Part shown: piece after piece, positions 20,244 through 28,422 of the stretch
Numbering within the stretch: position 1 is the first letter of the stretch
How the letters are laid out: the number at the start of each line of letters is the position of its first letter
From: Candidatus Latescibacterota bacterium
GTDB lineage: Bacteria; Latescibacterota; UBA2968; UBA8231
NCBI GenBank assembly: GCA_965261395.1
Contig: OZ253462.1
Span: forward strand, 3,744,001 to 3,808,000
Direction of reading: 5' to 3'
Length of the DNA: 64,000 nucleotides
Made by a program: the position numbers and the translations under genes
The notes under the pieces: generated by a model
Seen by the model: the letters and a program-made list of their open reading frames with translations, nothing else
What the model was told of the DNA's origin: nothing
The model's database searches: none

Positions 20244-20671
20244 ACATGCATCATGAATTTGTTGAGTACATACCGGAGGAGATAAGCAACGGGATCTTGT
20301 ATGTCTCGATTCCGTATGGGACCGTGGTTCACAAGTGTGCATGTGGGTGCGGAGAAGAAGTCGTGACACCTTTAGGTCCTGCAGAGTGGAAGTTTACATA
20401 CAATGGTAAAACAATATCTCTGTATCCGTCGGTAGGCAACTGGAGTTTCGCTTGCAGATCACACTACTGGATAAGCGAGAGTGAAGTCCAGTGGGCCAGA
20501 GCATTCTCAATGGAAGAGGTATTGGAAGCCCGGAAGAAGGCGAAACAGCTCCGAAAGCGGATGTACGGCCCGATCTCGGAAGCGAAGAGAGATACTACAC
20601 AGGAGACGACGAGGGAAAATCGTTTCGTTGCGATGGCGGTAAAGTTGTGGAAAAGAATGTGGAAGAGATAG
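20240..20671 (+). CDS. DUF6527-like Cys/His-rich metal-binding protein
   Basis: HKCACGCG, LYPSVGNW, CRSHYWI; ATGA-coupled to the E2-E1 gene. Confidence 0.75.
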   Translation: MNMHHEFVEYIPEEISNGILYVSIPYGTVVHKCACGCGEEVVTPLGPAEWKFTYNGKTISLYPSVGNWSFACRSHYWISESEVQWARAFSMEEVLEARKKAKQLRKRMYGPISEAKRDTTQETTRENRFVAMAVKLWKRMWKR

Positions 20672-20703
20672 TTGAGTCGCTGTCGGGTGGTCAAGAGCTA
20701 TAA

Positions 20704-21231
20704 ATGGACGAAATAGATCAGACAAAGGCGGATTCGGTGTCGGACTCTACAGACGAGTTGTGTGACGCGATCACCATCGCACGAGAGCGGTTACGCAAAT
20801 ACGAAGATTATGTAGGTGGAAAGGAGACACGGACCCGTGTGCTCATTATTGACGAGATTCTTAAGGGGCTAGGCTGGGACGTTACGGATCCAAGACTAGT
20901 TAAGATGGAACTTGGAGACAACCGCAGCATAATTGATTACGTTCTAATTGGGGAAGGAGGAGAACACCTCGGGGTGGTGGAGGCCAAGCGGTCAAAGGAC
21001 GTGTTAAGAGACATCGATCGCAGACAAGCCTCGGGATATGCAGTCGAATTAGGTGTGAGCTTTGCAATCTTAACGAATGGATGGCGTTGGGAAGCATGGA
21101 AGGTGGACCAGGCAATAGCTCGAAAGGACGCTATGATTGTGCAGACAAACATCACTACTGGCGACACTATAAATATCGCCGAGAATATGAAGGGTATTCA
21201 CCATTGCTGCCTATTAGCAGGGCAAAGTTAG
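20704..21231 (+). CDS. Stand-alone HsdR_N-like PD-(D/E)xK nuclease
   Basis: ETRTR...ILKGLGWD, IDYVL, VVEAKR, QASGYA, ILTNG.RW. Confidence 0.75.
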   Translation: MDEIDQTKADSVSDSTDELCDAITIARERLRKYEDYVGGKETRTRVLIIDEILKGLGWDVTDPRLVKMELGDNRSIIDYVLIGEGGEHLGVVEAKRSKDVLRDIDRRQASGYAVELGVSFAILTNGWRWEAWKVDQAIARKDAMIVQTNITTGDTINIAENMKGIHHCCLLAGQS

Positions 21232-21270
21232 CGGCGACTTTGGATACACTTGTCGGAGGCTTAAGAGATT

Positions 21271-21708
21271 TTGAGACATCCCCAGAAACGTAGCAAGACG
21301 AAAAGGAAGAGTGCTGTGGCATCGCTAGGTAAGATCAGCGAAGGAACACTCGAACAGATGGCTCAAGACGCCAGATACAGGGCTAGTCCGTACCATAAAT
21401 CCAACCCTGCGGACTGGGGTTTATCCAGACCAAGACCGCGTCCCGACAAGACCGTCTGCGAGGGATCTGGAATCACTTGTTGTTGGGACGCTACCGAGTT
21501 ACTCAAATCCGGCATTCGTCGTGGAATGGTTAGTGAACAAAAACGTGGAGACTGGCCCCAGAATGTATGGGCAGTTGACACCGAAGGCATCGTATATGAG
21601 GCTCAACTTTCTAATCGCGAACTTGGTGAATATCATGGATATCCTATGAAGCATGGCGATAGATTTGCCGAGTTCGTACAGAGCGAATGGGAGAAACGCA
21701 GCCAATGA
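21271..21708 (+). CDS. Hypothetical protein, putative toxin/RNase
   Basis: SPYHK, RPDKTVC, WPQNVWAV, YEAQL and YHGYP motifs; start uncertain. Confidence 0.5.
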   Translation: MRHPQKRSKTKRKSAVASLGKISEGTLEQMAQDARYRASPYHKSNPADWGLSRPRPRPDKTVCEGSGITCCWDATELLKSGIRRGMVSEQKRGDWPQNVWAVDTEGIVYEAQLSNRELGEYHGYPMKHGDRFAEFVQSEWEKRSQ

Positions 21709-23030
21709 CTTTACGGATTAAATCGCGATGGCTATGTAAGGCCGATCAAGATTTCGAGTCCACACTGCAGTCGGCTGAGGACGAAGCGACTTTGGGCGAA
21801 CTCGGCATCCACGTTGGTCAGAAATGCCTTACCCAAGCCTTTGACAGCGAAACTAATACACCACGAGATGGTGCGAACCTTTCGGCATATAGATTGGCCG
21901 AATGGATAGCGTGGCATTGGTGGCGCTTGCGCTGGGAGCCTGCACGACAGCGCCGCCGAGACGTGGATTGGAGTAGAGCTCATGATCTAGCCTGTATTGG
22001 GGGCGGATGGCTCTGGCCGAACATCACCATCAAATCAGATGGCGTTCGTATTGTTTTCGACGTAAGGCCGTCCGAAGTAGTGGAGACGGAACAGCTTCGT
22101 TATACTATGGGTGGAATAGCCACCATTCCAGCCCAGACATTCGAGGAAGGTATTGATGATTTTGTTGGGTGTGTCCTGACTCGCCTTAGAGAATGCACTA
22201 TGAATACGGACCTACACTCGATGTGGAGTGAGTTGAGTTCTGAACGGAAGGATCCGGAAATTTCTCTCTATAGAAGGTTTGAAGCCTATTTAGGCTTTGA
22301 CCCAGATGAAGCCCAACCGGAGTTGATTGAACGACTGATCACAGAGGGCAAGAGCATTGGGATAGAAGCCATATCGGAAGTTGTAGCTGACGACCACCAA
22401 AGCGCGTTAGAATTACATGAAGTGGCACAAGATTTTGGGTTTGACACGCGCCTTGGCGATGGTGTGCAAAGCGTCTCGATATCACAGCACAGTGACCGAA
22501 GTCAAGTCCCCGCTTGGCAGGTGGGAGTAGGAGTTGCAAATCGACTGCGCGAGCAGGAACATTTAGGCAATGACGCGATCCCAAATACTAGACTGGCCGA
22601 ATTATGCGGCATCAGTGAACAAATTCTAACTAGGCAAGACTCAACGGGGGATATCGCTTTTGCCTTTACGCTCGACGACGAGAACAAAGAAAAAGGTCGC
22701 ATTGTACTGCGGTCCACTTGGGAACAGGGGCGTCGATTTGCGGTTGCCCGCCTTCTCGCAGATCGTCTTTTGGACGACCACAACGAATTACTTCATCCGG
22801 CGACCCGAACATACACGTACCGTCAAAAAATGCAGCGTGCCTTTGCCGGCGAGTTCCTTTGCCCAATTCATTCTCTGCGGACTTTTTTGAACGATGATTT
22901 TTCGGACGAAAAACAGCAAGACGCCGCCGAGTATTTCAATGTATCGCCACATACCGTTACCGCACGCCTTGTTGATAACGGAGATCTCGATAGAGAAGAA
23001 TTACAAGACCCGGAAGCACAAGTTGCATAA
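21705..23030 (+). CDS. Protein with C-terminal ImmA/IrrE-like domain lacking HExxH
   Basis: RRFAVARLLAD at the RFTxAHExGH position, QRAFAGEFLCP, terminal HTH AAEYFNVS; ATGA-coupled. Confidence 0.6.
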   Translation: MTLRIKSRWLCKADQDFESTLQSAEDEATLGELGIHVGQKCLTQAFDSETNTPRDGANLSAYRLAEWIAWHWWRLRWEPARQRRRDVDWSRAHDLACIGGGWLWPNITIKSDGVRIVFDVRPSEVVETEQLRYTMGGIATIPAQTFEEGIDDFVGCVLTRLRECTMNTDLHSMWSELSSERKDPEISLYRRFEAYLGFDPDEAQPELIERLITEGKSIGIEAISEVVADDHQSALELHEVAQDFGFDTRLGDGVQSVSISQHSDRSQVPAWQVGVGVANRLREQEHLGNDAIPNTRLAELCGISEQILTRQDSTGDIAFAFTLDDENKEKGRIVLRSTWEQGRRFAVARLLADRLLDDHNELLHPATRTYTYRQKMQRAFAGEFLCPIHSLRTFLNDDFSDEKQQDAAEYFNVSPHTVTARLVDNGDLDREELQDPEAQVA

Positions 23031-23133
23031 GGCTGTAACGTAATGGCCGGGTCCTGTTCCGACCCAAGGATTGAGAGCAGGCGGAGACCCTAGTCCCAAA
23101 CATGAGGCAAAGTTACATTGGAGTCTAAGCAAT

Positions 23134-23346
23134 ATGGACAATGGAAATTATCGAAGCAAGATTGCGGTTGATCCGCAAATTCATTTTGGTAAGCCTTGTG
23201 TTGCAGGAACCCGGATTCCTGTGGTTGACGTTCTCGAATTGGTACGCGAGGGAATCTCGTTTAAGACAATTCTCTCTGATTATTTTTCAGACTTTCAAGA
23301 AGACGACATTCGCGCTTGCATCCATTATGCGATTGGCGCGGCTTAA
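23134..23346 (+). CDS. DUF433 antitoxin (C-terminus possibly clipped)
   Basis: IAVDPQIHFGKPCVAGTRIPV...DDIRACIHYA. Confidence 0.85.
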   Translation: MDNGNYRSKIAVDPQIHFGKPCVAGTRIPVVDVLELVREGISFKTILSDYFSDFQEDDIRACIHYAIGAA

Positions 23347-23613
23347 TCCCACAAATCTATCTGCGGTTCACAAGGAACTGAAACGCGTTTTAGAAACGTA
23401 CGTCTGAATCAGAACTCAAAGAAGCATTTGTCGTTGTCGAGACGGGACGACATCGTTTTCGCAATATTGCTGGACTTGAGGACTGACTGAAACCGCCCCG
23501 TGTTACCGAGGAATCGTTGAAATGAAAAGAGCAAGTTTTTTTTGACTCGCTCTTTTTTAGCAACTATTCTGAAACAGGCGGGCGCAACCACAGAAGAATT
23601 TCTTCAAACGTAG
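23333..23613 (+). pseudogene. Remnants of a DUF5615/PIN toxin C-terminus and a HicA C-terminus
   Basis: LARLNPTN...EAFVVVETGRHRFR (frameshifted) then LATILKQAGATTEEFL*. Confidence 0.5.
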
Positions 23614-23623
23614 AACGCCCAAC

Positions 23624-24700
23624 TCAGTACACTCCCACCACGACAGACTCCTGCAGTTCCGTGAGCAGCCGCAAATCTTTAACGCCATCCCAAGGATACG
23701 CCTCAATAGGCGCTGCGCGTTCGGCCTCGTCGCGTTCGAGGAAGCGGGGCATGAAAAATTCCTTGGTCAGGGTGGTGAGCATGACTTGGCCGGTCTCGCC
23801 GTAGCTGACCTTGCGTGAGGGGTCTTTGGGATCGACCAACTCGATGACGGCGCGAGGCTGCGGCGGGTAGTAGGTGATGGCGTACTCGTCGGCCGGGTCA
23901 AAGGGCTTGGGGCAGGCCAGGCCCATCAGGGTGTTGCCGTAGGTGGGGACAAAGGCGAGGCCGGGCACCAACTCCTCGCGGGCGAAGCGGTGGAACTGGG
24001 CGTTCATTTCCGTGCCGCCGCAGAAGATGCCCTTAATGCCGAGCTTGGGCAGCGAGACTTTTTCGCAGAGGGCTTCAAGGAGCCGGGGAGTGGTGAAGAC
24101 GCACTGCACGTTGTCGTGGGCCTTGAGAATTTTGAGCGCCTGATTGACGACGTGGGCCTTGTAGTCTTCCAAGTCGCGCATCTTGCCGGCGCGGATGAGT
24201 TCGTTGACCCAGCGCGGGTCGAGATCCACCAAAAAGCACAAGCCGCCGCGTAGCTGAGCGAGATACTCGATGGCAAGGCGTAGGCGGCGCGGCCCCGAAG
24301 GCCCCAGCATCAGCCAGTCGGCTCCCTTGGGAAAATCCTCCTCGGACAGGCTCTCGCTGTAGAGCGCGTAATCGGTTTGGAAGTCGCGGATGTTGATGCG
24401 GTATTTGGGCAAGCCGGTCGAGCCGCCAGTCTCGAAGACATAGATCGGCTCATCGGCATAGGCTTTGGGCACCCACTGGCGCACTGGGCCGCCGCGCAGC
24501 CACTCGTCCTCAAAGTGGCCGAGCAGGGTCAAGTCGGCGTAGGAGCGAATTTTCTCGCGTGGGTCGAAGTCGAGTTGTTGCGCGTAGGAAAGCCAAAAGG
24601 GGCAGCCGGTCTCGGGGTTGAAGTGCCACTCGACGATGGTACGGACGTGGGCGTCGAGGGCGTCTCGGGCGTCGTCGATTTTGTCTGGTGCAACGCTCAT
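23624..24700 (-). CDS. GriC/EhpF-like adenylating enzyme (LuxE/PaaK-related ANL fold)
   Basis: WHFNPETGCPFW, P-loop FETGGSTGLPK, YGNTLMG, FMPRFLERD. Confidence 0.78.
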   Translation of the reverse strand: MSVAPDKIDDARDALDAHVRTIVEWHFNPETGCPFWLSYAQQLDFDPREKIRSYADLTLLGHFEDEWLRGGPVRQWVPKAYADEPIYVFETGGSTGLPKYRINIRDFQTDYALYSESLSEEDFPKGADWLMLGPSGPRRLRLAIEYLAQLRGGLCFLVDLDPRWVNELIRAGKMRDLEDYKAHVVNQALKILKAHDNVQCVFTTPRLLEALCEKVSLPKLGIKGIFCGGTEMNAQFHRFAREELVPGLAFVPTYGNTLMGLACPKPFDPADEYAITYYPPQPRAVIELVDPKDPSRKVSYGETGQVMLTTLTKEFFMPRFLERDEAERAAPIEAYPWDGVKDLRLLTELQESVVVGVY

Positions 24701-26124
24701 GGGCTCTCTTCCGCGATGGCAAAGAGGGTGTTGCGGGAGGCGATGTAGAGGACGCCGTCGCGGGCGACCGGGGTGGTGTACACCGCGCTGCCCAGATTGG
24801 TTTCGAGTAGTACTTCGAGCGTTGTGCCGGCCTTGAGCACATCGATATCGCCGTCCTCGTCACCGATATAAACCTTGCCGTCGGCGACAAAGGGCGAGCC
24901 CCAGACCGCGGCGAACGTGTCGTGGGTCCAGTGGTGGGTGCCGGTTTTGGCGTCGAGGCAATAGACGAAGCCGCTCAGGTCGGTGGTGTAGAGCAGGCCG
25001 TCGGCAATGGCGACGGTGGAGATGGTGCGGTTGTAGTGTTCGCCGCCGAAGTGCCAGATTGCGCCTGTCTCAGTGATGTCGCCGGTGCCGCTGGCGTCAA
25101 TGGCCCACAGGTGCCCCTCGCCTTCGCCGTGCTCGGGGTCTTGGCCGACGCCGAGATAGACTATGCCGTCGTGAAAAACGGGCGTGGAGACGAGGTTGTT
25201 GCGGGTGCCGCGGCCGCCCAATTCCCAGACCGAATCCTTGGGGTTGCAGTCGAATTTCCAGATCAGCTCGCCGGTGTCGGGGGCGAGGGCATAGACCCAG
25301 CCGTCGCCGCCGGGGAAGATCACTTGCTTGCGGCCACCAGCCTCGCCGTAGGCGGGGTTGGACCACTGGCCGTGCAGAATCTGGTCGCCGGGCAGGTCGC
25401 TGTCCCAGAGGAGGCTGCCAGTCTGCATGTCGAGGGCGATGAAGCTGGGGGCAAAAGGGGCGGGGATGTGGACGTGGCCCTCGTCCACGCCGTTGCTGGT
25501 CAAGGCGAAGAGCCGGCCATCGACGCCCAGCGGCGAGCTGGTGGCGAGGTTGTGGGGGAAGACGTCCAACTCGGCGATCATGTCGAATTTCCAGATCAGA
25601 TCCGCGTTGGTGGGCGCGGTGGCGGTTTCGTCGGCGATGGGGCCGTCGTTCTCGCCGTCTAAAAATCCCTCGGTGTCGAGGCATACTACTTCGGCGCGGT
25701 TGGAGATATAGTAGAGGCGATCGTCGGCGACAAAAGGAGTGGAGCAGACGCCCTGCTGCGGCCAGTCGTTGACGCGGCCGGCCGGCAGCTTGGGATGGGC
25801 GATTTGCCAGAGGAAGGTGCCGTCGGCGTGGTTAAAGGCCATCACCACCCCGCGATCGCCCTTGTGGTTGGGATCGCGCGCGGCCTGGTTGTTGGTGCCG
25901 ACGAAAATTTTGTCGCCGACGATCAGGGGGCCGCCGTAGGTCTGCGAGCCGAGGGTGGCGCGCCACTTGACGTTTGCGCCGGTCTCAGTGTTCCAAGTGG
26001 TGGGTAGGTTTTGCTCGTCCGAGACTTGGTTGCGCCCGGGCGAGCCGCCCCACATCGCGGTTTGGGCACCGGCGGAGGCGGTTAGGGCAAAGGCGAGGAT
26101 GAGGCTGCGCGAAGCTGTATGCAT
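24697..26124 (-). CDS. Secreted PQQ-like beta-propeller protein
   Basis: Signal peptide, MWGGSPGRN, propeller blades; overlaps both neighbours. Confidence 0.85.
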   Translation of the reverse strand: MHTASRSLILAFALTASAGAQTAMWGGSPGRNQVSDEQNLPTTWNTETGANVKWRATLGSQTYGGPLIVGDKIFVGTNNQAARDPNHKGDRGVVMAFNHADGTFLWQIAHPKLPAGRVNDWPQQGVCSTPFVADDRLYYISNRAEVVCLDTEGFLDGENDGPIADETATAPTNADLIWKFDMIAELDVFPHNLATSSPLGVDGRLFALTSNGVDEGHVHIPAPFAPSFIALDMQTGSLLWDSDLPGDQILHGQWSNPAYGEAGGRKQVIFPGGDGWVYALAPDTGELIWKFDCNPKDSVWELGGRGTRNNLVSTPVFHDGIVYLGVGQDPEHGEGEGHLWAIDASGTGDITETGAIWHFGGEHYNRTISTVAIADGLLYTTDLSGFVYCLDAKTGTHHWTHDTFAAVWGSPFVADGKVYIGDEDGDIDVLKAGTTLEVLLETNLGSAVYTTPVARDGVLYIASRNTLFAIAEESP

Positions 26125-28286
26125 TACCAAACTTTCAGGTTGTCGTAGTAGATTTCAGCGGGGGAATAACCGTAGATGCCGGGGCTGCCGCTGCGGTTGG
26201 GTAGGGGATCGACCGCTTGGATGCTCCACGTGGCCGGCTCCGGCTCGTCGCGGGGCCAGACCTTGCCGCGGATATGGGCTTTATCGCCTTCGATTTCTAC
26301 CTGCAACTTCATGGTGTACCAGACGCCGGGTTCCCAGGCGAAGGGCACGGTTTTGGCCATCCGCAACTCGGCGGCCCAGGTGCGGATCTGCAACTGCTGG
26401 TGGTAGCCCATCATGTCGAGGGTGTAGCGATTCGCGATCAGGCCCATGTCGGGGACGGCGCGGCGCTTCTTGATGCCGAGTAGGTCGGCTTGGATGGTGT
26501 AGCCGGCCATGTCGGGCGCGCCGAGATAGGTGTTGGCGCGGTGCAATCCGCGGGCGGCGGGCGGTTTGACCAGCACCTTGTTGCCTTCCATTTCGCGCAC
26601 CTTGAATTTGCTGCCCGTGCCGACCCATACCGGTGAGGCATCGGCGGCGAACCCCCCGAAGTCTTCGCTGTAGGTCGGCGGTGGCAGCACGGCGATGCGC
26701 GCCTCGGCGGTCAATTCGCCGGCGCTGGCGACGATTTTGCCGCCGCTGGGTGCGTCCGCAAGGACGAGCGTATTGTCGTCGAGTTGGCCGACCGCACCGG
26801 CGAGCGACCATTCGGCTGCGACCGGGCCGATCAGGCGGCCATGCGCGTCGAAAGCTCGGGCGCGGAACGACACGCGAGCTCCGGGCTGGGCGACGACTTC
26901 GGCGGGGATGATTTGCAGATGCGCCGGTGTTGCGTCGGGGGGAGCTTGTTCGCGTGGATAGTTAGCTGCGGTCCCTGCAACCTTGAACTGCGCCTCTGGG
27001 TCGCCGAGGCAGTAAACGCCAGCCTCGGTGGAAAGGTAGATGCGGCTGTAGGCTATGGCTGGCGAGCCGAACAGTTCGGCTGGGCGGCCGTCGGGCATTG
27101 CAATCTCGGCGAGATCGAGGGTCTCGGCGGTGTCGCTGCTAGGGGCGACGATGGCGAAGCGGCCGTTGACCTCTGGTGCGTAGAGCCGGCCATCGGCCCA
27201 CACGGGCGATCCCTTGCCGACGGTGCCGATGTTGTGAATCCAGTGTGCTTGGCCGCTGGCGGCGTTGAGTGCGTGGATGTTGGCCGAGTTGTCGATGATG
27301 TACAAGTGGCTATCGTGGACGACCGGGCTAGTATAACCGGCGAAAACGCCGTCGTAGCGCCAGACCTCGTGGGTGTTGGTAACGTCGCCTTGGCCGGTGG
27401 CGTCGATGCACACGACGCGGCCGAGGGCGGTGTTGTCGAGGTTTTCCTCGCTGTGGGCCGCGTACACCTTGTCGCCGGCGACGACGACCGAGGAGTTGAT
27501 GCCGCGACGGCTGAGCTTGAAGCCCCATACCATCTCGCCGGTGCGGATTTTCACGGCATAGATGGAGCCGTCGGCATTGCCGCCGATGAGCAAGCGGACG
27601 CCGTTGATGGTGGCGACGACGGGCACGGAGTACGTGGTGTCGAGCGGCCGGCCCCCGGGGGTGGCGATCCAGACGACTTCGCCGCTGCGCTTGTCAAAGG
27701 CGAAGTAGCGGTGGCGGCCCGGAGTGTGGCTGCCCCAGTTGGAGCTGAGATAGCTGATGATGACGAGGTCTTCATCGACGACGGGCGTGTGGACGCGGCC
27801 GCCGTAGCCGGAGATGCGCCCGAATTCCTCGGTCAGTGAGCGCGACCAGACGACCTTGCCGTCGCGGTCGAAGCAAAGGAACAGCCCGCTGACGGTATGG
27901 GCATAGACATAGCCGGTCTCTGGGTCGCCAGCGAGGCTGGCCCAGCCGACGCGGTTGAAGGGAATGGTGGTGTGGAAGATGTTGTAGGCGTGCTCCCAGA
28001 GCAGGGTGCCGTCTTGGGCGTCAAAGGCGGCGACGACGCCCTCTTGGGAGATGCCCTCGCCGCGACGGCCGATGACGAATACTCGTCCGTCGAGGACGAT
28101 GGGGGTTGAGCGGCCGGTAAATTCGGCGTGCCAGATGGGTGACCAGGATTTGACGAGGCCGGTCTCCTCGGAGACGCCGTTTTGCGCCGGGCCGCGCCAA
28201 GAGGGCCAGTCGGCTGGGTAGGCGCTGGAAGCGGCGAGCAGGAGACCAAGAAAGGCGCAGGGAAGTTGCATGCGGAGGTTGGACAC
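26124..28286 (-). CDS. Large secreted PQQ-like beta-propeller with C-terminal Ig-like and lectin-like domains
   Basis: DWPSWRGP motif, blades, then a beta-rich C-terminus (WYTMKLQVE..RGKVWPR). Confidence 0.82.
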   Translation of the reverse strand: MSNLRMQLPCAFLGLLLAASSAYPADWPSWRGPAQNGVSEETGLVKSWSPIWHAEFTGRSTPIVLDGRVFVIGRRGEGISQEGVVAAFDAQDGTLLWEHAYNIFHTTIPFNRVGWASLAGDPETGYVYAHTVSGLFLCFDRDGKVVWSRSLTEEFGRISGYGGRVHTPVVDEDLVIISYLSSNWGSHTPGRHRYFAFDKRSGEVVWIATPGGRPLDTTYSVPVVATINGVRLLIGGNADGSIYAVKIRTGEMVWGFKLSRRGINSSVVVAGDKVYAAHSEENLDNTALGRVVCIDATGQGDVTNTHEVWRYDGVFAGYTSPVVHDSHLYIIDNSANIHALNAASGQAHWIHNIGTVGKGSPVWADGRLYAPEVNGRFAIVAPSSDTAETLDLAEIAMPDGRPAELFGSPAIAYSRIYLSTEAGVYCLGDPEAQFKVAGTAANYPREQAPPDATPAHLQIIPAEVVAQPGARVSFRARAFDAHGRLIGPVAAEWSLAGAVGQLDDNTLVLADAPSGGKIVASAGELTAEARIAVLPPPTYSEDFGGFAADASPVWVGTGSKFKVREMEGNKVLVKPPAARGLHRANTYLGAPDMAGYTIQADLLGIKKRRAVPDMGLIANRYTLDMMGYHQQLQIRTWAAELRMAKTVPFAWEPGVWYTMKLQVEIEGDKAHIRGKVWPRDEPEPATWSIQAVDPLPNRSGSPGIYGYSPAEIYYDNLKVW

Positions 28287-28339
28287 GGTTAGTCTGCCTT
28301 GATCTTGGTAATGAGGGAGTGGAGGTTAAACATTAATAA

Positions 28340-28370
28340 GTACATAACGAGTGCCGCCAATTCTTGTCAA
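28340..28370 (-). promoter_or_regulatory. Putative sigma70 promoter of the propeller/GriC operon
   Basis: Minus-strand TTGACA at 28370-28365 followed 17-18 nt later by an AT-rich -10-like element. Confidence 0.4.
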
Positions 28371-28422
28371 TCGGCGTCCCAGTGTGCAACTTGTCCGAGT
28401 CCATTCACAATAGGGAGGAGCC

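Noticed and set aside
10939-24700. Bioluminescence (luxCE) or phenazine cluster
   Set aside because: No luxAB, luxD or phz core genes in the window.
1676-28286. Calling the propellers BamB or classical quinoprotein alcohol dehydrogenases
   Set aside because: Six diverse paralogues, no obvious lipobox and no vicinal Cys-Cys motif.
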